Positions 35,419 through 44,669 of a DNA stretch of 50,700 nucleotides are shown here, piece by piece. The stretch comes from an uncultured bacterium (GTDB taxonomy: Bacteria; Actinomycetota; Acidimicrobiia; Acidimicrobiales; SHLQ01), in contig CBERPN010000002.1 of NCBI GenBank assembly GCA_965524675.1, positions 1-50,700 on the forward strand. Direction: 5' to 3'. Under the pieces are notes generated by a model. It ran no database searches. It was not told where the DNA came from and saw nothing but the letters and a program-made list of their open reading frames with translations. How positions within the stretch are numbered: the stretch's first letter is position 1; each line of letters opens with the position of its first letter. The position numbers were made by a program, and so were the translations under genes.

Positions 35419-36797
35419 TGTTCTTTCCTTTGAAGCAGTGATTTGAGCGGGATCCACGCAACGGGTGCGAATGCATCGGTTCGGATGCCAGTTGCCCGCT
35501 TTAACGAAATAAGGGCGAGAGAGTGCAGTCCCGCTACTGCAAGGCCTGAAAAGACAGCAATTGCCAGCTCGTGACGAAACGTGATCCCGGCGGCCGCCTC
35601 GGCGAGGAATCCGAGTGTCGCACTCACCAAGGCCACCCGTCCAAGAGCGACGTACCGGCCACCAGCGATTAGACAAGCCCCGGCTGGTCCAATGGCAAGA
35701 CCAGTGAGGATTCCAACTCCCAATGCAGCGATAAGCCAACGAATTCCGACATAGGCTTCGCCGCCAATGCTGACTAGGAATGGCTCGCCAGCCACTACTA
35801 GACCGACATATCCAATCGTTCCCAGAGCTAGACCAGCGCGAGCATACGTCGTCGAGATCCGTTCCAATGGTTCGGGTTGGCCGCGACCTATGAAGTCGGC
35901 GAGGAAAGGCTGAAGGGACAGATGCGAGGCGCTAAGAAGAATGCCTAGCAGTCCAACCCCGCTCACTGCGAGGCTGTACCGAGCCGCGGCCTCGGCATCC
36001 ACCACCGCTCCGACTAGCCAGATATCAGCGACGCCAATGATCGACGCGGAAACCGTGGCCGATGTCATTGCAACGTGGCCTTTGGCATGTTTACGGAGAC
36101 TGTGAAGCGGCCTACCCCGCCACCATTTGAAATGCTGCCCGGCGGTGGTTGCGCCCCACACGCTTGACGCGGCTGAGGCAATCGCTGCAATCGCGATGAG
36201 ACCGGTTCGTTCTGGGGTACCTCGAAGTAGGGTGAGGCCGACTGCAAGTGTCAACAGTGTGACGGCACGCCCGCCGCCTCCAACTATTGCTGCGTGGGCT
36301 GGTCTGTAGCGGGCGCGGAGCGACTCGGCGAAGACCAGCCGACTGACCTCACCGGCGACAAGCAAGGCGAAGAGTGCAACTTCGATTCTGCTGAGCGGTT
36401 CGCTCAAAGCGAGCTGAACGAGTCGGTCAACAGGTAGAAGGATCAGTGCTACGGCACTGAGTAGTCCTAGCAGTAGGCCAGAGGCCAACAGGTCTTGGCC
36501 CGAGGTTGCTTCTTCGGCGTTGCCAAGAGTCGCTCCGGCTCGCCGGATTTCGCCCACGATCATTCGGTCGCTACCAAGACGAACAACGGTAGAGATCAAT
36601 AATGCGCTCGCAACTAGGACGGCAAAGTCGCCATAAACGACTGTTGTGGATCTTGAGACGAGGAGAAAGGCGGTGAGTAATGAAGCGAGTGCGGCCACCA
36701 GCGATCCACCGGCCGCCCACAACGTCATTTGACGAGGGGTGATCGACTCTGAGCCGACATCAGCGGGCCGTGTGTCGCCGAGGACTGGCAGCATCAT
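35415..36797 (-). CDS. Wzx-like polysaccharide flippase (MOP superfamily)
   Basis: 460 aa with about 12-14 TM helices. It sits in a glycan operon between the glycosyltransferase and methyltransferase genes and shares 4-nt start/stop overlaps on both sides. Confidence 0.65.
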   Translation of the reverse strand: MMLPVLGDTRPADVGSESITPRQMTLWAAGGSLVAALASLLTAFLLVSRSTTVVYGDFAVLVASALLISTVVRLGSDRMIVGEIRRAGATLGNAEEATSGQDLLASGLLLGLLSAVALILLPVDRLVQLALSEPLSRIEVALFALLVAGEVSRLVFAESLRARYRPAHAAIVGGGGRAVTLLTLAVGLTLLRGTPERTGLIAIAAIASAASSVWGATTAGQHFKWWRGRPLHSLRKHAKGHVAMTSATVSASIIGVADIWLVGAVVDAEAAARYSLAVSGVGLLGILLSASHLSLQPFLADFIGRGQPEPLERISTTYARAGLALGTIGYVGLVVAGEPFLVSIGGEAYVGIRWLIAALGVGILTGLAIGPAGACLIAGGRYVALGRVALVSATLGFLAEAAAGITFRHELAIAVFSGLAVAGLHSLALISLKRATGIRTDAFAPVAWIPLKSLLQRKEQ

Positions 36798-37693
36798 GAC
36801 GGTTTTGATGAGTTGACTATCGTCGCCAGTATTCCTTCGGGAACACGGCGGGACTCTAGGTGAAAGAACCCTCGCAACGCTTCAGTAATTACCGCGAAGT
36901 CCCGAGTGGCGAAGGAGCTGCGCGTCGTTTCGATGCAACGGCCGATGAGCATTCGGGTGACCCAGCTCGGGTGAGAACGGATGTGTCGAGTCGCTAGCCG
37001 GCGAGCGGCCCGTGACTTCGTGTAGTAACGCCATGGCGGGTGACACTCAGCTACACCAACCCCGCGTCCTCTGCCGCGGTTCCCAACCTCATGTCCGACA
37101 ACTATGGACTGGTCGACGATGACGCGATAGCCGCCATCGTGAAGGCGAAGTGCCATGTCGAAGTCGCACATATCGAGGGGGAGCGCTTCATCGAAGCCGC
37201 CAACCTCTCGACACGCTGCGAGGTCATAGACGCTGCCAGAGCCGATAGGGGTCACAACGCGACGGCGAAGGCGACGCTTGCTATAAGCACTGTGATCGGT
37301 TCCCAGTTGGCGGTAGGAGGGGCAAAGAAGGCCTATCGTTGATCCTGAACTCGCCTCGTGATCCCGCACAGACGTGAGCAGTGCATGAACCTGTTTGTCC
37401 GAGATCCGAGAGTCTTGATCTAGATACAGCATTTTCGTTTGGTCGTGGTTCTGCGCGGCAACGATCGAGTTGAGGTGTTTGGCCAAACCCGAGTTGTCTC
37501 GCGATGCCACGAAGGATGCGCCGCGCTCGACGCACACCGCCCGAAGCTCGGCTTGGTTTAGGGATGCGTTGTCAAAGACTTTTATGGCGAGGCCATCGAG
37601 TTCCATGAGCATCGAATCGAGCTGTTGCGGGTTGGACGACTTGGTTACGATCGCGACGATCGCCAACCCATCGCGAACCAATGCGTTCGTCAT
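36794..37693 (-). CDS. family 2 glycosyltransferase (rhamnosyltransferase-like)
   Basis: AIVAIVTKSS...DNSGLAKHLN...LYLDQDS (DxD)...SGSVYDL...GGFDEALPLDMCDFDMALRL. Confidence 0.8.
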   Translation of the reverse strand: MTNALVRDGLAIVAIVTKSSNPQQLDSMLMELDGLAIKVFDNASLNQAELRAVCVERGASFVASRDNSGLAKHLNSIVAAQNHDQTKMLYLDQDSRISDKQVHALLTSVRDHEASSGSTIGLLCPSYRQLGTDHSAYSKRRLRRRVVTPIGSGSVYDLAACREVGGFDEALPLDMCDFDMALRLHDGGYRVIVDQSIVVGHEVGNRGRGRGVGVAECHPPWRYYTKSRAARRLATRHIRSHPSWVTRMLIGRCIETTRSSFATRDFAVITEALRGFFHLESRRVPEGILATIVNSSKPS

Positions 37694-38634
37694 GGGGCAT
37701 CCAGTAGGGTTGTTGGCGCCATGACTCCTTGGAGAAAGGCAGCGCGAATCTGAGAAGCGGTTTCTTCTGGGTCATAGCCAGCGCTCCAGCAGTCGGTCAC
37801 CAGCTCTCTAATTTTAGAGTCCGAAGAGGCATCGAACGCACGCAGTCCTTGGTTGTGCAGATATCGGTGGATTTGCCATCTCTTCCCCTTATGGAGAGAC
37901 ACGAACAGCTCGATACCCGCCCATCGCAAAAGGGTACGGTCTGGCTGTGGGGTTGGACTGCCCGCGCCTCGGGCGTGGTGTGCTACTAGGTGATCAGCGA
38001 AGCCAAGCTTGGCTCCCGCCACCTCCAGGCGGTGCCAGAAATCGAGATCCTCAGCGTAGAGCGCGAACCGCTCGTCAAATCCGTTCACTAAGTCGAAGGC
38101 GCTTCGTCTGACCAGCAGGAATGCGCCCGAACCGAACCTGGCACCGCTCGCTCGTAGTTTCTGGTAGGTCTTTTTGGTGGTGCGCACACTCGAGACCTCC
38201 TCGGGTGCAGATGACGCGCTCAACGAGCGCTTCAGACGTCGTAAGTGCAGCGCTTCCAGCGCGACAGTTGGTCGGTGGTAGCCCTGTTCGATAAGGCCTT
38301 GAGGGGTGGCCAGGGTTGGCGCCACACAATCGAGACCGAAGTCTTCTGCGAACTGCGTCAATTTTTTGACGAAGCCATGATCTACCGCGATGTCCGGATT
38401 GACAAACGCTACCCATTCGATGCTTTCAGGGAGTTTTGTGACCGCTAGATTGCATCCGCCACCGAAGCCGAGGTTAACCCCTGGAGCTATAACGCTTCCT
38501 GGGCCGGAGTATTCGCCGCTGTTGTCGGTTATGACGGTGTGGTATCCCTCAGCGGTAAATCGGCTTGCCTGTTCGGTGAGAATCTTTCCGGAGAGGAAGT
38601 TGACCATCACGATGGCGGTGGTCTGGCTCATCAT
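37690..38634 (-). CDS. family 2 glycosyltransferase
   Basis: AIVMVNF...VITDNSGEY...NLGFGGGCN...FVNPDIAV...GAFLLVRRSAFDLVNGFDERFALYAEDLDFWHRL. Confidence 0.85.
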   Translation of the reverse strand: MMSQTTAIVMVNFLSGKILTEQASRFTAEGYHTVITDNSGEYSGPGSVIAPGVNLGFGGGCNLAVTKLPESIEWVAFVNPDIAVDHGFVKKLTQFAEDFGLDCVAPTLATPQGLIEQGYHRPTVALEALHLRRLKRSLSASSAPEEVSSVRTTKKTYQKLRASGARFGSGAFLLVRRSAFDLVNGFDERFALYAEDLDFWHRLEVAGAKLGFADHLVAHHARGAGSPTPQPDRTLLRWAGIELFVSLHKGKRWQIHRYLHNQGLRAFDASSDSKIRELVTDCWSAGYDPEETASQIRAAFLQGVMAPTTLLDAP

Positions 38635-38671
38635 TATCGATCGACTTATCCCGGCCGATCATGAGAAGTCT

Positions 38672-39706
38672 TCAACGGCCGGGCCGATCGGAGTCGACCT
38701 GTCTAAGGCCAATAGCCGTTTCCAAAACGCCGAGCTCCCAGCCGCTGGCAATGGCAGCTAGGGCCACTAGCTGCGCGATTCGAGATTTCAGAGTTGCCGG
38801 AACGGGGCCAGTCGAAGATCGTTCGACAGCGATGACCGCGGCTAGCCAACCTAACGAACCAACCATCAAAACGTTACGGTCCGAACGAAATCGGAGTGCG
38901 AACGCCACGATGCCAGCCAATGCAGAAGGCGGGATAGCCAAGAGAACCCATTGCCTCGGCCTTGGTTTGTGGCCCGTGGAGCGCCAGTAATGCATCTTCC
39001 AGCTACCAAATCGGCGATATTGAGCAAAGAGCGTCGCGATCGACGTTCGCGGCCGGTAGTCGACGGGGATTGAATCATCGAACCACAGATCACCGACCTC
39101 AGCATTGATACGTTGATTTAGTTCAAAGTCCTGATTTGTAAGAAAGGCTTCGTTCCAGCCTTCGACAGACTGCAGTTGGTGAGTGCGGAAGAAACCAAGG
39201 TAAATCGTGTCGGTCTTTCCGCTGCTGGTGTTTCGACGATAACGGGCTCCACCCATTCCGTATGGGTTGTTTAGGGCACGTGCTATGCCCAGAACAATCG
39301 CGTCGGTGTTCGCTGCTTGAGCTACTTGGGCACCTCCGGTCGCGCCTACACCCGGGAAGGCTCCCAGCGTTTCGCAGCAGGTTGCGATGTAATCTCGAGG
39401 AATACGGCTTCGTGCATCGACGCGACATACATACACTCCGAGGGCCGACGCTAGACCAATGTTGAGACTCGAAGGGGTCGTTCCGGTGGGATTGACTAGA
39501 ACCTCCACACGGTGAAAGCCCTTTCCACTCAAGTATTCCTTGGCGATGTGCGCCGTGTCATCGGCCGAACCACCGTCTACAACTATGACCTCAATTCGAT
39601 CTGCAGGGTAGGTTTGGTCGGTCAGCGACCTGAGTGCCCAGATTAGGTTCTCTGCTTCGTTTCGGGCTGGGATGACTACCGACACCAAGGGCTGGGCCTC
39701 AGACAT
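38672..39706 (-). CDS. family 2 glycosyltransferase with C-terminal TM helices (ExoA-like)
   Basis: VSVVIPARNEAENL...DQTYPADRIEVIVVDGGSADDT. There are two hydrophobic helices near the C-terminus. Confidence 0.85.
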   Translation of the reverse strand: MSEAQPLVSVVIPARNEAENLIWALRSLTDQTYPADRIEVIVVDGGSADDTAHIAKEYLSGKGFHRVEVLVNPTGTTPSSLNIGLASALGVYVCRVDARSRIPRDYIATCCETLGAFPGVGATGGAQVAQAANTDAIVLGIARALNNPYGMGGARYRRNTSSGKTDTIYLGFFRTHQLQSVEGWNEAFLTNQDFELNQRINAEVGDLWFDDSIPVDYRPRTSIATLFAQYRRFGSWKMHYWRSTGHKPRPRQWVLLAIPPSALAGIVAFALRFRSDRNVLMVGSLGWLAAVIAVERSSTGPVPATLKSRIAQLVALAAIASGWELGVLETAIGLRQVDSDRPGR

Positions 39707-39969
39707 GATTTGTGATCAGACTCCTGTAGCGAGTGATTCCGTTGCTTGCTGACTAGGTTCTCCGTCGGTTTGAGTGACGAGTGTTTGAGCCCTACGCCGT
39801 CCAGAGATCCACAGGAGCATTGGTAGCGATAGAGCGATCGAGAACTGAGAGAGGTCGGCCGCTATCGCTGGAAGAACTCTTGGTAGCACGCAACTACATA
39901 ACCGCGATTGATTGCTGCCAATGGCAACCGGCCACGTGCGGCGCAAATTTCACGCTCTACGATGGCGGT

Positions 39970-41850
39970 GTGGTTCAGCGCCCTGCTTCCGGCACGATTC
40001 CCGACGCTCCCGGTTCATACCAGTTTAAAGACGTCGACGGCCGGGTCATTTATGTCGGCAAAGCAAAGAGTATTCGGTCGCGCCTGAACAGCTACTTTCA
40101 GAAACACCTACCACTGCGAACCGCTCAGATGGTGGCGACGGCCGAGACGGTCGAATGGATCCAGGTCGAGAACGAACTCGAGGCGCTAATGCTCGAGTAC
40201 AGCCTCATCAAGACCCACAGGCCACGATTTAACATCCGTCTCGTCGACGATAAAAGCTATCCGTTCTTGGCCGTGACAATGGCGCACGAGCATCCGCGGG
40301 CGATGGTTATGCGCGGCAAGCGAAAGAAGGGCGTCCGTTACTTCGGGCCCTATGGGCACGCCTACGCCATACGAGAAACGCTCGACCTGTTGCTTCGCAC
40401 CTTTCCAATCAGAACGTGCAGCGACAACAAGCTACAGCGCCACGAACGCTCGGGTCGGCCCTGCCTGTTGTTTCACATCGAGAAGTGCGCGGGCCCTTGT
40501 ATTGGAGCGGTGGACAAATCTGCCTACGACCGAATGGTCGGGGAGTTGCTCGCCTTTCTCGAAGGCGACACCGCCGAGGTTGTGTCGCGTCTCGAACAGG
40601 AGATGCTAGCTGCCGCCGAGCGACACGAGTTCGAGTTGGCGGCTCGGCACCGCGACCGGCTTGTGAGCGTACGCAAGGCGATCGAGAAGCAACAGATGGT
40701 TGCTGAGACCAACGAAGATTTTGATGTCATTGGAATTCATGGTGACGAACTCGAAGCTGCTGTGCAGGTATTTTTCGTGCGGAGAGGCCGAGTGGTTGGG
40801 CGCAAGGGATTCGTGATCGACCGGGTTGAAGACGTCACCGAAGGCGAGTTGGTAGACAATATTCTCGAGGGCATCTACTACGAGCATCCAGCGGTCGGGC
40901 TTCCGAAGCTTGTTCTGACCCCAACACCCTCGGCGAACCCCGAGTTGTACGAACTTTGGCTTACCGAGGCGCGCGGGTCGAACGTGTCGATCCGGGTCCC
41001 TCAACGAGGCGACAAGCGTGCTCTTCTTGAAACCGTCACCCGCAACGCGAAGGAGGAGTTCAATAGGCATCGGCTTCGCCGAGCAGCAGATCACAACAGC
41101 CGATCTCAGGCACTGAGCGAGCTGCAGGACGCACTCGGGCTTCCCGCGGCGCCACTTCGCATCGAGTGCTACGACATGAGCCATATCCAGGGGACCGACT
41201 ACGTCGGATCTATGGTCGTCATGGAAGACGGGTTGCCGAACAAGAGAGAGTATCGTCGCTTCAAAATTAGGACCGTCGACGGTAACGATGACTTCGCAGC
41301 GATGGAGGAGGTGCTCACCCGCCGCTTCAGTGCCTACCTTGTCGACCGAGCCAAGCCGGTAGAGGAACGATCGGGCAAGTTTTCCTATCCGCCACAATTG
41401 CTTTTGGTCGATGGCGGTAAGGGTCAGTTGAGCGTGGCCGTGCGGGTGCTCGAAGAGCTGGGGCTTAGCGATGAGATTCCGGTCGCTTCGTTGGCAAAGC
41501 AGTTTGAAGAGGTATTTGTTCCGAACCGTTCTGAGTCGATTCGGCTGTCTCGACAATCCGAAGGGCTCTATCTGTTGCAACGTATTCGCGACGAGAGCCA
41601 CCGCTTCGCGATCACCTATCACCGGCAGCTTCGCAACAAACGAATGACCAAGTCTGTGCTCGACGACATACCCGGGCTTGGACCGACCCGCCGAAAGCGA
41701 CTCACCAAAGAGATCGGTGGCGTCGGCGCCGTGAAGAAGGCGAGTCTAGAGGCACTGCAGGGTTTGACTTGGTTACCCGACAAAGTCGCGGAGGCGGTAT
41801 TCGACAAGATCCATGGGCCGACCCGAGCAACCGATGTCGACCGAACATGA
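39970..41850 (+). CDS. uvrC: excinuclease ABC subunit C
   Basis: GIY-YIG domain (PGSYQFKDVDGRVIYVGKAKSIRSRLNSY), UVR domain (ERHEFELAARHRDRL), RNase H-like endonuclease domain and C-terminal HhH (DIPGLGPTRRKRL). The ORF is open from 39781. GTG 39970 gives the usual N-terminus and a 626-aa product. Confidence 0.93.
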   Translation: MVQRPASGTIPDAPGSYQFKDVDGRVIYVGKAKSIRSRLNSYFQKHLPLRTAQMVATAETVEWIQVENELEALMLEYSLIKTHRPRFNIRLVDDKSYPFLAVTMAHEHPRAMVMRGKRKKGVRYFGPYGHAYAIRETLDLLLRTFPIRTCSDNKLQRHERSGRPCLLFHIEKCAGPCIGAVDKSAYDRMVGELLAFLEGDTAEVVSRLEQEMLAAAERHEFELAARHRDRLVSVRKAIEKQQMVAETNEDFDVIGIHGDELEAAVQVFFVRRGRVVGRKGFVIDRVEDVTEGELVDNILEGIYYEHPAVGLPKLVLTPTPSANPELYELWLTEARGSNVSIRVPQRGDKRALLETVTRNAKEEFNRHRLRRAADHNSRSQALSELQDALGLPAAPLRIECYDMSHIQGTDYVGSMVVMEDGLPNKREYRRFKIRTVDGNDDFAAMEEVLTRRFSAYLVDRAKPVEERSGKFSYPPQLLLVDGGKGQLSVAVRVLEELGLSDEIPVASLAKQFEEVFVPNRSESIRLSRQSEGLYLLQRIRDESHRFAITYHRQLRNKRMTKSVLDDIPGLGPTRRKRLTKEIGGVGAVKKASLEALQGLTWLPDKVAEAVFDKIHGPTRATDVDRT

Positions 41851-42575
41851 GCGATGACGGGCTTTGGGAAACCCATGCCGACTGGTGGCAGCGTGATTTC
41901 AGTGGCGGGGCTGACCCCGAGTACGGCGAGCAGATCCTGCCACTCGCCGCCGAACGTCTTCGAGGCGCGAGACGGGTGCTCGACATCGGAACCGGCGAAG
42001 GCCAGATAGCGCGTCTGGTAGCCAAAACTGGGTCAGAGGTGATCGGGATCGACCCGACTTGGAACCAGATTCGAGAGGCAGATCGTCGCGGCGGGGGAGT
42101 GTCATACCTAAGGTCGGGGGCAGCCGAACTGCCCGTGGCGAGTGCTTCGGTCGATGCTGCAATCGCCTGCCTGGTGTTCGAACACATCGTCGAGGTAGAC
42201 GACGCAATCGCAGAGGTAGCCAGGGTTCTCGAGCCCGGGGGACGATTCGTTTTCATGCTGAATCACCCACTTCTTCAAACCCCAGGTTCAGGATGGATCG
42301 ATGATCAGATTCTCGAACCACCAGAACAGTACTGGCGAGTTGGGCCCTACCTAACTGAGGCGGAATCGGTCGAGGAGGTACACAAGGACGTCTTTATCCG
42401 CTTCATTCATCGACCTCTCAGTCGATACGTCAACGCACTTATAGTCAACGGGCTTTACCTGACCGAAATGCTCGAGCCCGCACCACCTGCTGGCTTCTTG
42501 GCAAAGGCCGATGAATACGAGGCGGCTGCCACTATTCCGCGGCTGCTAGTCCTCACCTCCACGAAGATGGCCTAG
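41847..42575 (+). CDS. class I SAM-dependent methyltransferase
   Basis: ATG 41847 overlaps the uvrC stop (ATGA). Motif I is VLDIGTGEGQ, followed by VIGIDP and IACLVFEHI. Confidence 0.8.
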   Translation: MSDDGLWETHADWWQRDFSGGADPEYGEQILPLAAERLRGARRVLDIGTGEGQIARLVAKTGSEVIGIDPTWNQIREADRRGGGVSYLRSGAAELPVASASVDAAIACLVFEHIVEVDDAIAEVARVLEPGGRFVFMLNHPLLQTPGSGWIDDQILEPPEQYWRVGPYLTEAESVEEVHKDVFIRFIHRPLSRYVNALIVNGLYLTEMLEPAPPAGFLAKADEYEAAATIPRLLVLTSTKMA

Positions 42576-42596
42576 AGCTCACCTATCCTTGTCGAT

Positions 42597-43451
42597 ATGT
42601 CCGCAACCACCACCGAATTCGTAGTGATCACAGGGCAGTCGGGTGCTGGGCGCACCCAAGTCGCGAACGCATTCGAAGACTTGGGTTGGCATGTGATCGA
42701 CAACATGCCAGCCGAGCTGATCTCCCAGATCGGCGATATCGCTGAACGCAAAGGATTCGAACGGGTAGCGCTAGTTGTCGGACCGGGCAGTGAGCCCGGC
42801 AACATCATCCCGGCGATCGACGGCTTGCGAAACAACTCCAGCGTGCAAGTGATTTTCGTTGAGGCCACCACCAGCGTGTTGGTTCGCCGCTATGAGAGCA
42901 CTCGGCGACGTCACCCTTTCTCTCAAGGGGGCCGGGTATCCCAAGCGATCGAGGCCGAGCGTCAGGCGCTCGAACCGGTGATGGGAATCGCCGACCTCGT
43001 AATCGACACCGGTGACCTCAACGTGCATCAACTCAAATACCGAATCGTGGATCTCTTTGGTGGTGATTCTCCCGACGCTGGCATGCGGACCACGGTGCTC
43101 TCTTTCGGCTACAAACATGGCCACCCGCTAGACGCCGACGTTGTAATGGATTGCCGGTTCTTGCCCAACCCGCACTGGGTGGAAGATCTGCGCCCAAAGA
43201 CCGGATTGGATCCGGCGGTGCGTGAATATGTGCTCGGCCAAGAAATTGCGACGCCGTTCGTAGACCAGACCCAAGGGTTGCTCGACCTGTTAATGCCCGC
43301 ATATGTGGCTGAAGGAAAATCCTACTTCACGATCGCTTTTGGTTGTACCGGCGGGCATCATCGCTCGGTCACGATCGCTGAAAGTATCGGCGACCATCTC
43401 CGCGCTGGCGGCTACGATCCTGCTGTGGTGCATCGCGACATCGGGAAGTAA
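42597..43451 (+). CDS. rapZ: RNase adapter / nucleotide-binding protein RapZ (YvcJ)
   Basis: VVITGQSGAGRTQVANAFEDLGWHVIDNMP...MDCRFLPNPHW...IAFGCTGGHHRSV. Confidence 0.93.
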   Translation: MSATTTEFVVITGQSGAGRTQVANAFEDLGWHVIDNMPAELISQIGDIAERKGFERVALVVGPGSEPGNIIPAIDGLRNNSSVQVIFVEATTSVLVRRYESTRRRHPFSQGGRVSQAIEAERQALEPVMGIADLVIDTGDLNVHQLKYRIVDLFGGDSPDAGMRTTVLSFGYKHGHPLDADVVMDCRFLPNPHWVEDLRPKTGLDPAVREYVLGQEIATPFVDQTQGLLDLLMPAYVAEGKSYFTIAFGCTGGHHRSVTIAESIGDHLRAGGYDPAVVHRDIGK

Positions 43452-43569
43452 CCGGTTCGCCGGCGTTCCCTTTCGACGTGTATCGCCCGACCGATATAGC
43501 TCAACGCCGTTTCGGCGGCAGTTCATTAGACTTACTGATAGCGAATAACCCCTGCCCAGGAGGCAACCC

Positions 43570-44664
43570 ATGACCGTCCGCGTTGGAATCAACGGCTTTG
43601 GCCGTATTGGTCGAAACTTTTTTCGAGCCGCCAAGGCACAAGGAGCTGACATAGACTTCGTTGCCGTCAACGATCTCGGCTCGGTCGAGACAATGGCTCA
43701 CCTATTGAAGAACGATTCGGTCCACGGACGGCTTCCTTACCGCATCACCCCTACTCGCAAAGGGATCCGTTACGACGGCGACACCCTTGAGGTGCTGAGT
43801 TTTCGAAACCCTGCCGAACTGCCGTGGGGCGACCTCGGTGTCGACGTAGTCATCGAGTCGACCGGAATTTTCACTTCGAAGGAAACCGCATCGGCACATA
43901 TCGAAGCGGGCGCCCGCAAGGTAATCATCTCGGCGCCAGCGTCTTGTGACGCAACCTTTGTGGTCGGAGTAAACGACGACGACTACGACCCCGCCAAGCA
44001 TCATGTCATCTCGAACGCCTCTTGCACCACCAACTGTTTCGTGCCCATGATCAAGGTGCTCGACGACAACTTTGGTGTGGTTCAAGGAATGATGACCACC
44101 ACCCACTCTTACACCGGAGACCAAGCACTAGTCGACGGGCCGCACAAAGATCTTCGGCGTGCTCGCGCCGCCGCGGTCAATATCGTTCCGACATCGACCG
44201 GAGCCGCACGCGCTACGGGCCTGGTCCTGAAGAAGATGGCGGGAAAACTTGACGGCATTGCTATGCGGGTGCCAATCCCGGATGGCTCGATCACAGACTT
44301 CACCGGCCTGCTCAAGAAGCAACCGACGACCGAGGAAGTAAACGAAGCGTTCAAAACTGCAGCAAAGAGCGGACCCCTCAAGAACGTTCTCGACTACAGC
44401 ACCGAGCCGTTGGTGTCGTCGGACATCGTTGGGTCACCAGCGTCGTGCACCTTCGATTCCGGCCTCACCATGACCATGGGAAACATGGTGAAGATCCTCG
44501 GCTGGTATGACAACGAGATGGGTTACTCCAACCGTTTGGTCGACCTTGCAATGATCGTTGGAACTCGAAAGACCAAGAAGGCTCCAGTAAAGAAGGCTCC
44601 GGCCAAGAAGGCTGCCACCAAGAAGAAGGCGCCAGCCAAAAAGACTGCTGCTAAGAAGAAGTAG
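43570..44664 (+). CDS. gap: glyceraldehyde-3-phosphate dehydrogenase with ~33-aa Lys/Ala/Pro-rich C-terminal tail
   Basis: VGINGFGRIGRNF and the catalytic ASCTTNC are present, with NEMGYSNRLVDLA near the normal end. The tail RKTKKAPVKKAPAKKAATKKKAPAKKTAAKKK follows. The RBS AGGAGG is upstream. Confidence 0.96.
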   Translation: MTVRVGINGFGRIGRNFFRAAKAQGADIDFVAVNDLGSVETMAHLLKNDSVHGRLPYRITPTRKGIRYDGDTLEVLSFRNPAELPWGDLGVDVVIESTGIFTSKETASAHIEAGARKVIISAPASCDATFVVGVNDDDYDPAKHHVISNASCTTNCFVPMIKVLDDNFGVVQGMMTTTHSYTGDQALVDGPHKDLRRARAAAVNIVPTSTGAARATGLVLKKMAGKLDGIAMRVPIPDGSITDFTGLLKKQPTTEEVNEAFKTAAKSGPLKNVLDYSTEPLVSSDIVGSPASCTFDSGLTMTMGNMVKILGWYDNEMGYSNRLVDLAMIVGTRKTKKAPVKKAPAKKAATKKKAPAKKTAAKKK

Positions 44665-44669
44665 CGAAG

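Noticed and set aside
34750-35739. Full 329-aa reading of the methyltransferase ORF, and likewise 41769-41846 upstream of the second methyltransferase and 8146-8196 upstream of the response regulator.
   Set aside because: The upstream extensions overlap the preceding genes, are Arg/Trp/Cys-rich and precede canonical N-termini. Internal ATGs with ATGA coupling or an RBS give standard-length proteins.
40606-41622. Long antisense ORFs inside well-supported genes. Examples: 338 aa opposite uvrC, 254 aa at 44943-45707 opposite pgk, 202 aa at 1984-2592 opposite polA, 189 aa at 6923-7492 opposite the kinase, 201 aa at 26470-27075 opposite uvrB.
   Set aside because: These are typical stop-codon-poor antisense frames of high-GC DNA. 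Their translations are Arg/Ser/Ala/Pro-rich and low in complexity, with no motifs. The sense-strand genes have unambiguous conserved motifs.
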